The position numbers and the translations under genes were made by a program. DNA of 64,000 bases from Macrostomum lignano (taxonomy: Eukaryota), in the NCBI GenBank assembly GCA_002269645.1, contig NIVC01003770.1, positions 13,715 through 77,714 on the forward strand, given 5' to 3'. The notes beneath the pieces are model-generated. The model made no database searches. It was not told the origin of the DNA and worked only from the letters and a program-made list of their open reading frames with translations. Shown here piece by piece: positions 49,484 through 62,064 of the stretch. The first letter of the stretch is position 1. Each line of letters starts with the position of its first letter.

Positions 49484-50639
49484 CTGCAGAATATGTGGAG
49501 ACAAAAAACTACTTACATAAACTAATAAAAATCATTTGTCTCACTTGAAACCCTAAACAAAAATACTATTTGGAGACTAAGGATTGCAACAACTTCAATA
49601 TGAAATTGATTAAAGAACCATTAACATTACTGCACCTTACTATAAATGATCCTAGTTTATCACAACATAACAACAAGTTGACTTAGTTTGCATGGGTGTG
49701 TGCACCTGAGCAAACTGGCTTTAGTGATCAGTCAAGGTGCATTCTCTTTCCTCACATTATGAGGCAATCTACATTATGAGGCTCATAAAATTGCTTGTGC
49801 TCATTCTTTGCAAGATGGGCATGTTAATTTGAAGCAGTGCCATGGTAGGCCTAACCTAGCCACAGTGATTCAAGGTAAGCATACTGCCTTCTTAGCACCA
49901 ATTTTGTTGTTTATTGATTTATTATCCTAAATTTGGATCCTGAATGCCAAATTGGCAAACACTTTTCAAGCTAGGAAGCATTTATTTTAAATCTACCTAT
50001 ACTAAATATCTTAAGTTCTATTCTATCTATGCAGCATTAGCTGCCCATGGTTGCCAGGGGTTAGCAAAATGGGCAGCAATACCTCCTCGCTGTTTCCAGA
50101 CACATAGAGCCCCTGCAGCTAAGCCAAGTAAGTCATGTATTGTATTTTCTAAAATTTATATTTTATTTAAAGTTATTTCAAAACAATTTTAATAAATATC
50201 TATTCTAGAATCAAGACAGACAAGAGTGATTAATAACTCACCTATGCTTAAAAGACTGGCATAACTAGGTTATACTTCAGGCTTTTTAAAAAATAATCAA
50301 ATATGCATACAAAATTAGATATAGATATTTAAGTCTTAGGGGGAGATAGATGCTATAATAGAATTATATTACATTAAGAACATTCCCTTTGGCTTGGCCT
50401 AGCTTTTATTATAGCCTGACTAATATATATTTATCCACTGAATAAAGCAAGTAACCTAGCACAAAATGAATACCTTATAGGATATTTATTCTAACTTTTT
50501 GTATAGTATTATCACTAGCAATGGTGTCTTATTAAACAAAAAATTAATATTACAATAGCTGGGCTTCTTGAAGTTTATGTTGATAAAATACTTCCGATTT
50601 TCCGATTTTTCTGAAACTTGTGGTGGACACTTATGGGAC

Positions 50640-50906
50640 CCCTATTGCAGCCAATGGCCATTTTCGTGGACGGCGTCCGGCGCGGATTGGCCTGGCAGCA
50701 GCGCGGCGCGCGGCGGCGGCGCGGCGCGTGGCGGCGGCGCGCGGTGGCGTGGCATGTGGCGGCGGCACGCGGCGGCATGGTGCGGGGGCATGGGAAAATT
50801 GAACCAAATCACTGATCCTGGGGACTGGCCCTGGCGCGGTACGGGTAGATGTCTGGCGCAGGAAAGGGGGGCGTCAAGCGCGGTTCAGACCTTGGCTGCA
50901 ATAGGG
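50640..50906. mobile_element. 267-bp MITE-like element with 15-bp perfect inverted ends and a CGGCG-rich core
   Basis: CCCTATTGCAGCCAA (50640-54) and TTGGCTGCAATAGGG (50892-906). No clean target-site duplication seen. Confidence 0.55.
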
Positions 50907-51009
50907 TATAGGACACCGAAAATCTCAAAAATGCAAATAAAACAGCAGAAAGTTACCTGTATGGTTGACGCAATCACAATTTACTCAATTTCTTATTCTC
51001 TTAATGAGG

Positions 51010-51375
51010 TTCTAAAACCCCCCATTCCTCCTGCCCCAGTGGTTGGTTTTAAGCTACAACCCCTTCCCCCTATTAGGATTGAAATAAATCAACACAATCT
51101 TCAATAGGTCTCCATGCCTCTATTGAAGTTTATGTTGATAAAATCAATCCTTATGAAGAATCTCCCTACCCTAAAACCCTCCATTCCCCATGCCCCGGTG
51201 GTTGGCTTTAAGCTACAACCCCCCCACTTATTAGGATTGGAATAAATCAACACAATCTTCAATAGGTCTCCATGCCTCTATTGAAGTTTATGTTGATAAA
51301 ATCAATCCTCATTAAGAATCTCCCCACCCTAAAACCCCCTATTCCTCATGCCCTGGTGGTTGGCTTTAAGCTACA
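51010..51375. repeat. About 158-bp tandem repeat, roughly 2.3 copies, each full unit holding a 52-nt hairpin
   Basis: Identical hairpins at 51088-51139 and 51246-51297. Confidence 0.88.
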
Positions 51376-54300
51376 TATAATTGGGTTAAAGCTACCAAAA
51401 AATGGAGCTCAAATTTGAAATCAGCACTATCAAAAACTCTTACAGAGATGGAATTATGATCTTATCAAAATTGCAACTATTTTATCAACATAAACTTCAA
51501 GAAGCCTCAATAGCTACATGTACTATGCATGGCATACACACTATTTTCTTAAGAGTGACGCATGCCAAGAAGGCTAATGCATGCCTAATTTTTCAGGTGT
51601 ATACTGCATTATTCAAAGTATGGACTTGCAGAAAAAAATTTGGTAATCATTGTTTAAGTGTAATCATTAGTTAGTTTATTTAAATGCAAATATATAGTCT
51701 AGACTTATACTTATAATAAGGTTCTCAAATTGCACAAATATAATATCAGTTAGTAATAACAATTGAATTAGCTAGATTAGTTATATAATCGTTAAGTTCA
51801 ATTCAAACTTATTTACTCTTTACTAAGTTTTAATTCTTGCAATTTTACTTTAATTTCACTTAAAGAGTAGACTATTTATTTATTGGATAACTAATTAGAT
51901 GATGAAGCATTTTAATTACTTAAAAATATCATAGTTACTTCCACTATTTAGCTTTTACTTTTTGCTTAGATTTGGAAACACATTTGAATAGTAGACTTAA
52001 CTTATTTGGTTTTGGATTTAGAATTTTTTGTACGTTTGGATTTGGTTTAAGAAACTTACATATAATGCAGTTGGTGTACAAATAAAATTTCCCTATTGTG
52101 CATTCTAGATTGCACTCAACATGATCTATAGTAGACAATATACTCACTTTTATACTCACCTAGTAATGTGTTACATTGTAATAACAATCATCTAGACATA
52201 AGGTTTACTTAGGCCTACAGAATAAGCCTAAAAGATTCTCAAAAGAAGTTTATATCTAGCTTCATTAATGAATAGGCCTATTCTCAACTAGTCTTAGTCT
52301 TGGGGGATTGAAAAAATGCCTTATTTGTTATTTAGTAATAATATCTATCATTCTATTGATTTCAAAATATAATAGATAATAAAATTAGGATTCCTTTTGT
52401 ATCTTACAAGATATTCTGTTGCAACAATTGGTCTTTAAATTGATGTCTATTCTTGTATTCAATAAAAATCTAGAGCTGGGTCCAAATTGGCAAATATGAT
52501 ATCAATATTAGCTTATTTTAATTGTAAGTTTATACGCTAGACTTAGGGTCCGCACCAGGTTTTTTATGCAAATAGGGTGTAATTTACTCCCTGAAATTTG
52601 GATTTGCACCCACTTTTTTGGCACTGGATGCAACTGCAGCAACTCGTGCATCTGCATTTTTTGAGATCAAGATGCATGCAAGTCATTTTTTAGCAAAAGT
52701 TACATACAAAACATCATGCATAGATATATTGTTTCAACACTTTCAAATATTCATTAAATACATACTTTCCCTAAATTTCTACTTGTTTTTCTTCTATAAT
52801 TAAAAATGCATTGAAATAAAATTTTATAAGAATAGGCATGTCGTTGTCATCAATTCTAATTAATTATTCATCCCAACAAAATTGGCAAATTTAAACCTAG
52901 ATGCAAGTTCCTAGTTTTCACATTTGCATCCATTTTTTAAGCTTGAGATGCAAGCTTGCATCCACATTTTTGGCAGAAAAAAACCTGGTCCGCGCCGGCG
53001 GCGCCCGCACTACGTGTACGCTGCCGGTGGTTCTCCATCATTTAAATTTGCCGCTGGAAATTACAGGAATGTTTAGGTCTATTCAAACAAAGTTGACGAA
53101 AACTGCGGCTGCTGAGTTTCTTAGCCTCAATGGCGGGGTAGTTTTGGTTGTACCTGGGCAGTCGAAATAAAGAAATTTCTCAGAATGACTTGCAGATCGG
53201 TTGTACAAAAGCTGACCGGGGTGATTCAAGCTCGTCTTCAAATGCATTGAAATTTAACTTGTACTTTTTCGCTAATATATTTTGCACCGTACTCGTATAT
53301 ACTATTAGTAGTATTCTGCTGCCACACCGTGGAATAGCGCAATTTACCCTCAGAACTCTTCCTTAGTTAGATCACTTAATTGGGTCTTAATCATTACGAT
53401 CTCCGAGAGTCAAAAAATTTAATTTTAAAGGCAGCCTTAACTAGCACTGGTGGGAAGCTGTTAAGTTACGAAGCATATTTTTCTGATCAATCTTTAATGC
53501 TTGTCACAAAAGCGAAACTGAATAAATACTAATGACGTAACTAGCTCGTAATCAACCGCTAAATATGCATGATAGTTATTGGTCGGGATTTGAAAAGTTT
53601 GTGATTACAATTTAGGGGGCCTTTCTAGTTTTGGAAATTTCAAAAGAATTAGGGAGTATGCTTCACTGGCAGAGATTCCTACTTCACTGATTCCTACTTC
53701 ACTGGCAGATAGATGGCCATGAGCTACCGGGTGATGAAACAGAGACACCGAGTGGAAGCGGTCGAGCTGTGGGAGCCGCAAAATTATACTGAATGGAAAT
53801 AATTAAGGGCGTAAGAGATATACAGCTGTACGAGTATACGCACGATCCAGTAAGCCAATAGCTGTAGATGTATGTAAACATAATCACAGGTAGCTAGGTA
53901 GTAGACGAGTTAGAATAATGAAGTGACTAATTACTGCTCGTAGTGCATGTAACAAAAAATCCGCAAAAATCTAAAACCGCATTCAATATTCGCATCGATA
54001 AAAACTGAACCAAGTTGATTTCGCACACTTGACTACAATGGACATGTACAGTGTACACTCATATTCATGTACATGCATACGGTGCCCTAAAATTCTAAAC
54101 GCTTACCCTATGATTTTCTGCAGATGTCATTTTTACATGTAAGTGCTTACAGTTCATCCAAAATTACATCAAATTTTAATATTTCTCTTACATATAGACG
54201 TAACGGACTTGACCATGAGCCTGCGTTTTAAATATTAATGTCCGAATTGTATGTGTTCCTCATGCCTTATAAAATTGAATGAGGAATTTGCATTTGCATG

Positions 54301-54871
54301 CATCTCACCGCTTTTGTTCGTCAGAGTTGATTGCTCGATTGATGGGCAATTTGAATTGACACAAGTCTTACATTTACAATGTACATTCTTTGGTTGGGGA
54401 GCACGGAGATTACCCTCCTCAGATTTGCCCCCCCTCAATGCTTAGTACTTTTTAAAATCAGAGAATTAATTAGGGGACAAAGCGACATGGCATCTGCATG
54501 AATTAATAGCTCACCGATGTACCCTTGCATGCATATTTTGATCGGGTAAATCTCTTTATTAAGACCTACTAAACATTGGGGGGGGGGGGCGGCAATGCAG
54601 ATAAAATCTGCCGCAGGAAAAAAGCTTATTAAGTTTGGCGGGTAAATCTCCTGCGGCCAAATCTTGACGGGCAGTTCGCCTACGGGCAATTCTCATGGAC
54701 CCTTTTGGTTGATGCGTGTACATTTGTACATTTGGGACAAATACTTAAACAAAGACAATGTAGTTTCAACTTAGTTTCCATTCTGACTTGAGTTAAGTCG
54801 GTCATGGAATTATTTTTTCCGGGTCAGCCTTTCTAAACAATTTTCAAAAATTAGATATGAATCCACCGTTT

Positions 54872-56845
54872 CTAACTAAGGTGCTCGCGCTGGATTCGCT
54901 TCACTTGGGCAATTGTGGACCCGGGTTTGTCCGGAATATCCCGGTAGGGCGGATCCTGGGTTCCGTGGATGACCAGCGTCCAGTCCGTAATCAGTCCGTG
55001 TTGCGTGTAATTTGCTGAACTGGCACTCATTTCTGCACGCAAGGTCCACTGGCCTGCCGCGGACTCGCCCCACATGTGTGTAGTCATAAATGGCCAGTCG
55101 GTGAATCCTTTCTTTGAGTCACTATCCATAGGTCGCCTCCCCAACAGCATTGATGTTGTATTGCTTGGTGACGTCAAGAACAAGAGGACGTCACCTCGAC
55201 GACTTGCTCGCAGCGTGACAAAAGCCTGGACGTGCTCGATGAATCTTACTCTCGACTTTGAATCGAAATCGCAACCGTTTGAGTCAATAGTCAGTTCCAC
55301 CTCTTGGCGAACGTCAAAGTAGACTGGTTGAGCCACCCGGCCCGCGGTGCATTCAAACCGTTTAGGCAATGGGCGCCAAATTTGGGCCATCTCGACCATT
55401 GCACCGGCGTCCAGCACCCCAAAGCCGTACAAATGGTGGAACTTCAGCCCAGCTGCGTTGCGCTCCCACTTGTGTCCACGGCTTTCATCCTGCAGGCCTC
55501 TCTTTTGAGAGGTGAGCACCACCAGGTGTTGCATGTCTCGCCACGTCAGCCGAGGATTCGCCTCCAACGCCAGGGCGAACACTCCCGCTGCCTCAGGGGC
55601 AGCCGCACTGGTCCCAGAATGGTAGAGGGTGCAAAAGCCGTACAGATCTACGGTAGCTACGCCAGCATCAAGGCCCGCCCCTCGACCGGTAGAAAACGTC
55701 GATGCCAGAGTCGACGAGCAAGACTCGCCATAGGTTGCCGGACTGCCATCATTAGTAACTGAGTTGATGCTGATTGTCCACATGCTCCCCGTGTAGCCAT
55801 CGCAGTTGCAATCGTCCTTTGGGCCGCCATTGCCGCTGGCCCACACAAATATGCTTCCAAGGCCGCCGCGTCCGAGAGTGATTCCGTCCCTCAGGACGCG
55901 GGATGTCTCTTTGAGAGGCCCATCAAGGGTCTTTCCATCATCGGTGGGGCCCCAGCTGGCCGAGTAAATATCGATAATGTCCCTTCGGTGAGACATGGCA
56001 GCCGCTTCTAGCAGGTCGGTGATGTAGAGCTGGTCCAGAATGCGCAGGCCGGCTACTCGGCTTCCGGGAGCCACGCCGACACTACAGATGCGATTGTTAC
56101 GTTTAGCCGACACCTCACCGGCGCAACGAGTGCCGTGGCTGTTGAACCGATAGTCTGCATACTTCGGAAAAGGATAAGGATCGTTGCTATTGAAATCGAA
56201 GCTGGCTTCAGCGTTGTAGCTTTCGGCCAGGTCAGGGTGCAAGTAGTCAATCCCGTCGTCCACGATAGCGACGGTTACGTTGCGGCCGATGTAGCCCGCC
56301 TCCCAGACTGGCAGGACGTTCAAGTCGAGGCCAGGTGTACCCCAGGATTGTCCAGTATTCTTGAGAAACCACGCTTTTTCGAATAGTGGATCATTCGGAT
56401 CCGGGAGCTGCTGCTCTGTTCTGTTGGTAGACCCGCCCATTGTTGCTGTTGTATTATTCCTCCCATTGGGATTTGAAACAGCAATGTTTTTCACCTTAGA
56501 ACTGCTTGCACGAAAGCCGCGCTTGTTCCGACGGAATCCCTGCTGCTGAGTGGCACTCTTCACGTCGGGATGCTGAGCGATGGCGTTGATGATGTCATCT
56601 CTGGCATTGCTGTCCGCTTCCGGTATATCATCGTGTACAGCATGGAACTCCAGATCTTCTCCCAGGTGCCGGCGCACCAGCTGCAGACCGTTAATGTCGG
56701 CAGTCACTCGCCTTGCAGCCGCCTCGCCATCGGGGTCGCCGGCGCTTGTCTTCACAACCAAGTGGATGTCTTTGGTGTAGACGGCACTGTTTGCTCGAAC
56801 TGCAGTTGTGCCAACAACAAGAAGGCACAAGCAGAGGCGTAGCAT
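54872..56845 (-). CDS. PCSK2: Prohormone (neuroendocrine) convertase 2-like subtilisin-type protease, 657 aa, intronless CDS
   Basis: Signal peptide; pro-domain ending RRNKR|GFR. Triad D196 (VDDGIDYLHPDL), H237 (FNSHGTRCAGE), S413 (HSGTSAAAPEAAGV). PC2-specific blocks SMWTISINS, ESCSSTLASTFS, GVLDAGAMV; P-domain RRGD. All catalytic positions are offset by +29 from human PC2 numbering. Confidence 0.93.
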   Translation of the reverse strand: MLRLCLCLLVVGTTAVRANSAVYTKDIHLVVKTSAGDPDGEAAARRVTADINGLQLVRRHLGEDLEFHAVHDDIPEADSNARDDIINAIAQHPDVKSATQQQGFRRNKRGFRASSSKVKNIAVSNPNGRNNTTATMGGSTNRTEQQLPDPNDPLFEKAWFLKNTGQSWGTPGLDLNVLPVWEAGYIGRNVTVAIVDDGIDYLHPDLAESYNAEASFDFNSNDPYPFPKYADYRFNSHGTRCAGEVSAKRNNRICSVGVAPGSRVAGLRILDQLYITDLLEAAAMSHRRDIIDIYSASWGPTDDGKTLDGPLKETSRVLRDGITLGRGGLGSIFVWASGNGGPKDDCNCDGYTGSMWTISINSVTNDGSPATYGESCSSTLASTFSTGRGAGLDAGVATVDLYGFCTLYHSGTSAAAPEAAGVFALALEANPRLTWRDMQHLVVLTSQKRGLQDESRGHKWERNAAGLKFHHLYGFGVLDAGAMVEMAQIWRPLPKRFECTAGRVAQPVYFDVRQEVELTIDSNGCDFDSKSRVRFIEHVQAFVTLRASRRGDVLLFLTSPSNTTSMLLGRRPMDSDSKKGFTDWPFMTTHMWGESAAGQWTLRAEMSASSANYTQHGLITDWTLVIHGTQDPPYRDIPDKPGSTIAQVKRIQREHLS

Positions 56846-58757
56846 TGGATTATTGTACTACTGGATTACCAGGTAGGGATTAGCGTTTTGTAGCACCTGA
56901 TTTAGAATTTTTACTTCAGATCTTTGACAATCAATTTCATACAGCCAAAGCAAGTTGTGTTCCCGCTGTTGCTCTCATAATCTACTAGTTTCTTGCCATA
57001 TTATGCAAAAGCTAAAATTTCCGAAATTCAATTTCATTCACATTCCAGAGGAACAGTTTTGAGTGGAAGCAGAAATTCATGTTCGCATTCGAAGCAAATT
57101 CTGTTAGCGTTTTTTCTCGTAAAATAATCCCAGCGGTTCACCTCTTTCCGCCTCGAACGATAATTTTAGCTACTGATCGTGGATTTCGATTTTTTTACAA
57201 TAAGCCTAGATTTTTCGGCAGCTAACAGTCAGGAAATTGTGAAATCGAATCGAATCATAGTTTGCTACACCCTAAGCGAAGAATGCTTGCAAGCAGGCCA
57301 TGTCCATATCAGACCCCCCTTCAGAATGACAGCTGCAAACCAGACAGCTTCGATGCAAAGAAAAAAACGAAACAAAAATGAACGGATAAAATTGTAAATT
57401 ACTTTTGGGGTCTGGCTGTCTGGCTGTCTGCAGGCTGTGGCCTGGTGCTACAGAGGGTAGCAATCTGTAGAGCAAGTGAGGGGGGCGCATGCAGTCGCGC
57501 CCTAAACCATCTGCTCTTCAAATTTTTCTCATGCCCGTAGTCTCAGACTCGGTGCTCAAACGACTAAAAAAATCCATTGAGCAGGCCTTGCTGCTGCAAA
57601 AACCGAGGAGTCTCAGGGCCCCCCTCCCCCTACCGCGGTTCACCTGGAGCCCATTGTCTGTGTGCTCAGCGGGGGGCGGGTGTCTGCAAGTGCTGCCAAG
57701 TATTTTGGTTGGGGTGGAGTGCATCGCTTCTGCGCTGCTGTCGCTTCTGCCAGGGGGGGGGGGGGCTTCTTCTATTGACAATTGGGCCTCGCATTATTTG
57801 ACACAGAGCCACACTGCAGAAGGACTGGGGGTTCCAGACGAAGCTGAACTGAGAAAATAGGCTTGAGCATGGAGTTCTAGAACTTACACCCGGAGTCGCA
57901 GGATTAGAAAATGGTAATAATTTTTTGTTTTAATAACTTTTTGTCTAGAATAGGATTCTGAGGCTCGAACATCGACACTTTAAAAGCAGCTTTAGCCTTT
58001 AAGACAGGCGTTGGCAAACCCCTCGTCCTCGGGTCCTTTGAAACTTCATCATTGCAATCCGGCCCGCTCAAGGCTTGTGTCTCATCCCAGCTTTCTTCTC
58101 TCTAATCTCCTCTCTTTTCTCTTTTCTCTCCTCTTGTCTCCCTTTTAGTTAGCGATAAGTTGAGTGTATACTGAAAAACCTCAGCCTCTCAATAAGCCAC
58201 TCCGAGCTTTGGTTTCAGATCTCCATGGCTCGAGTTGTGCATGAGTCATTGCAGCAAACAAAAGTGGTTGCTCGGACAACTGCATGGTCTCTCTCTCTCT
58301 CTCTCCACAGTTCACACACCTCTCTTCTGAGCCTCTGTGTCGCATCTCTTAACTAGCCCCCCCCCACCCTCCACTTGGCAACCAGTTCGGCCATAAAACC
58401 TTGGACAATTCTTCTCTTTCTTACTGTCTTCTCTCCAACTGCTTGGCCTTGGCTTAGCAGAGTCGTTCTGAGAGCAGTTCTAAACTACTGGGAAGTTTCG
58501 AAAGTCCAGAGCGGAGTGACAATCTGGTGTATGGCGACCTCAGCTTGATAAGCTAACAAACTAGCCATGACTAGATTGCTACTTCTCACTGGCTATCGAT
58601 CGGTCATCGCTGTCGGATAGTTGTCATGTGCACGTGTGATTTACAATAGCGTTCGAGTCTGAACCTCCAGTACTGACTCGTGTTCTTAACGTGTTTATTT
58701 GACTCTTGGTTCGTTGAAGTTTTAGTGCCTGTGCGAAATAGGTTGAGGAGAGCGGCA

Positions 58758-60210
58758 CTTACAGGTGTTTCATGTGCATTGAGGACACGGGAGCTTACAG
58801 GTGTTTCATTGAGGACACGGGAGCTTACAGGTGTTTCATGTGCATTGAGGACACGGGAACTTACAGGTGTTTCATTGAGGACACGGGAACTTACAGGTGT
58901 TTCATGTGCATTGAGGACACAGGAACTTACAGGTGTTTCATGTGCATTGAGGACACAGGAACTTACAGGTGTTTCATGTGCATTGAGGACACAGGAACTT
59001 ACAGGTGTTTCATGTGCATTGAGGACACAGGAACTTACAGGTGTTTCATTGAGGACACGGGAACTTACAGGTGTTTCATTGAGGACACGGGAACTTACAG
59101 GTGTTTCATTGAGGACACGGGAACTTACAGGTGTTTCATTGAGGACACGGGAACTTACAGGTGTTTCATGTGCATTGAGGACACAGGAACTTACAGGTGT
59201 TTCATTGAGGACACGGGAGCTTACAGGTGTTTCATTGAGGACACGGGAGCTTACAGGTGTTTCATTGAGGACACGGGAACTTACAGGTGTTTCATTGAGG
59301 ACACGGGAACTTACAGGTGTTTCATGTGCATTGAGGACACAGGAACTTACAGGTGTTTCATTGAGGACACGGGAACTTACAGGTGTTTCATTGAGGACAC
59401 GGGAGCTTACAGGTGTTTCATTGAGGACACGGGAGCTTACAGGTGTTTCATGTGCATTGAGGACACAGGAACTTACAGGTGTTTCATTGAGGACACGGGA
59501 ACTTACAGGTGTTTCATTGAGGACACGGGAACTTACAGGTGTTTCATTGAGGACACGGGAACTTACAGGTGTTTCATGTGCATTGAGGACACAGGAACTT
59601 ACAGGTGTTTCATGTGCATTGAGGACACAGGAACTTACAGGTGTTTCATGTGCATTGAGGACACAGGAACTTACAGGTGTTTCATTGAGGACACGGGAAC
59701 TTACAGGTGTTTCATTGAGGACACGGGAACTTACAGGTGTTTCATGTGCATTGAGGACACAGGAACTTACAGGTGTTTCATGTGCATTGAGGACACAGGA
59801 ACTTACAGGTGTTTCATGTGCATTGAGGACACAGGAACTTACAGGTGTTTCATGTGCATTGAGGACACAGGAACTTACAGGTGTTTCATGTGCATTGAGG
59901 ACACAGGAACTTACAGGTGTTTCATGTGCATTGAGGACACAGGAACTTACAGGTGTTTCATGTGCATTGAGGACACAGGAACTTACAGGTGTTTCATGTG
60001 CATTGAGGACACAGGAACTTACAGGTGTTTCATTGAGGACACGGGAACTTACAGGTGTTTCATTGAGGACACGGGAACTTACAGGTGTTTCATGTGCATT
60101 GAGGACACAGGAACTTACAGGTGTTTCATTGAGGACACGGGAGCTTACAGGTGTTTCATTGAGGACACGGGAACTTACAGGTGTTTCATGTGCATTGAGG
60201 ACACGGGAAA
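58758..60210. repeat. Minisatellite of interspersed 29-bp and 35-bp units (GGAACTTACAGGTGTTTCAT[GTGCAT]TGAGGACAC)n
   Basis: Direct reading. Confidence 0.97.
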
Positions 60211-60971
60211 TTACACTTAGATGCTTTGAGTATTAAGGGCAGGAGCACTTGCCAGGTGTGCAGAATGAGGAAAGAACTATTTTTTAACTTTCCGCACAAA
60301 GTATACTGTACAATGAAAATTAATAAATCAGCTATAAAGTTTACATGTAATAAATATGATTGATAAAGAATGAGCTCTGAGAACTACTTAATCTAATGGT
60401 TAATGTACGAGAACTCTTACATGTACAAATAAATGACGGAGAGACCTATACTGGTCACTTTCATGGACATATAAATGGAGCAGTTTAGAACAGTCATGTC
60501 AGTATATATTTAATCCAAGACATATATAGTGGTATGCAACACTCAGGTTCAATGCATCAAAAGCATCAGAAAAGCAAAATAATATTTGAAGCAGTTATAC
60601 TACTGGCCCGAGCTCCTCCTTGTCATGCATTGTTGATAATATTACAACAAAGGTCACACTACAAAGGGATTAAACTCTTTGCTCAGAGATTCCCTTGAAT
60701 TACAAATTTGCTCAGTTGCACAAAAAATTTCGTTTTAGCGCTTCCTTTTTCCTACTGTAAGTAGAAACATGCGATTTTTTCAACTAAGAATGTGCCATTT
60801 CTACAAAGCCTGGGGCGCTTGTTGCAATCGAATTTTTTCCCCTAATAAACTTTGGTTCGAAGAGTAGAACAGATGTGTCATGCTTACATAAGAAGCCGGT
60901 CAAGACAAAAAGCACAACTGGTTTTAACAAAGGTCAAAGGTCACGATTTGGTGGGGAGTCGTCGGGAGGAC

Positions 60972-61506
60972 TTATACAAAGTTCACGGATACCAAATTAG
61001 TCTTGTCGCCCGCCTGCTGCCCGCGCTGCTGCCGTCTCAGCAGGCGCTTCCTCTGGTGCCTCGGCGCCCAGCGCCCGATGCAGGAGGCCAAGTCGTCGTC
61101 TGTGGTGGCGCCGGCGCGCTCCTCCGCCAGCTGCTGCGCCCGCTCCCTCAGCAGGCGAGCTCTGACCGGCCGTCTGGTCACGTAGCGGCTGCCGTCAGCT
61201 CGGCGCTTCACCACCCACTCCATTGCCGATGCTTCACCACCTGCGGCAGCTGCCGGCTCTTCTGGCAGTGCCGCTGCCGCTGCTGCCGAATGCTCTTGAA
61301 GCTGATGCTGCTGCTCCGGTTGTTGCTGCGGCTCTTCTTCGATTGTCTGGCAGCGGTGCGGCTGCGGCTGCGGCTGTTGGAGCAACTTCGGCGGCGGCGG
61401 CGCCTGCTGCAGGCTGAGCAGATTTGTCTGCGGGTTCAGAGTCAGCTGGGTACCGCCGCGGATGCGGGTGCCCATCCTTGGCACGTTTGGTCTCTGCTGC
61501 TGCAGT

Positions 61507-61544
<38 letters not shown>

Positions 61545-61985
61545 CATCTGCGGATGCTGCTGGAACGATGCCAGGAGAGCAGCGGCCAGCTCCTCCACTT
61601 CTTGCTCTGAGCTCTGAGTGCTGCTCACTCCAGAATCCTGATGAGCTTCCTCCTCTTCTTCATCCTCTTGTTCTACGGCGTCGTCGTGGCGACCCTCCTC
61701 GGCCTCGGCAGCGGACATTTCGAGCAGTTCGACGTGCAAATCGTCGAGACCGCTGCCGGCTCCCCCGCCGCCGCCGAGGTGTCGGTCGCTGGCCGACGAA
61801 GACGGCGGAGTTGCCGACAAGGCCAGCTGGACGGCCCGGGCGATCAGCAGCGTCACGGAGGTCTCGGCCGAGCCGAACAGCCGGACGGCCTGCTCCCGGC
61901 TGCGCACCGCGGCGCCGTTGACGCGAAGGATCTGGTCGCCTTCGCGGATCCGACCGCACCTGCCGGCTATGCTGCCCGGTTCCAC
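60972..61985 (-). CDS. PDZRN3/PDZRN4/PDZD4-family protein, last exon
   Basis: Acceptor AATCCGCAG|GTG. VEPGSIAGRCGRIREGDQILRVNG completes the PDZ domain. WVVKRRADGSRYVTRRPVRARLLRERAQQLAEERAGATTDDD is the family's conserved C-terminal block. Ends LVSVNFV*. Confidence 0.88.
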
Positions 61986-62064
61986 CTGCGGATTGGGGGG
62001 CATCGGAAGCGGCTTTGATTTGAATTGGTCGGATTTGAAGGGTACCCTCGTGTTATCTGAGTTG

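Noticed and set aside
52545-52992. Possible non-autonomous transposon with ACCAGGTTTTTT inverted ends and internal GATGCA repeats; a similar weak case lies at about 54400-54700
   Set aside because: The inverted match is only about 12 bp, half of it a homopolymer, and I could not define termini or a target duplication.
58758-60210. CRISPR-like appearance of 29-39 bp arrays (also 10521-11142, 46025-46368, 62665-64000)
   Set aside because: Units are directly adjacent with no unique spacers, there are no cas genes, and the context is eukaryotic.
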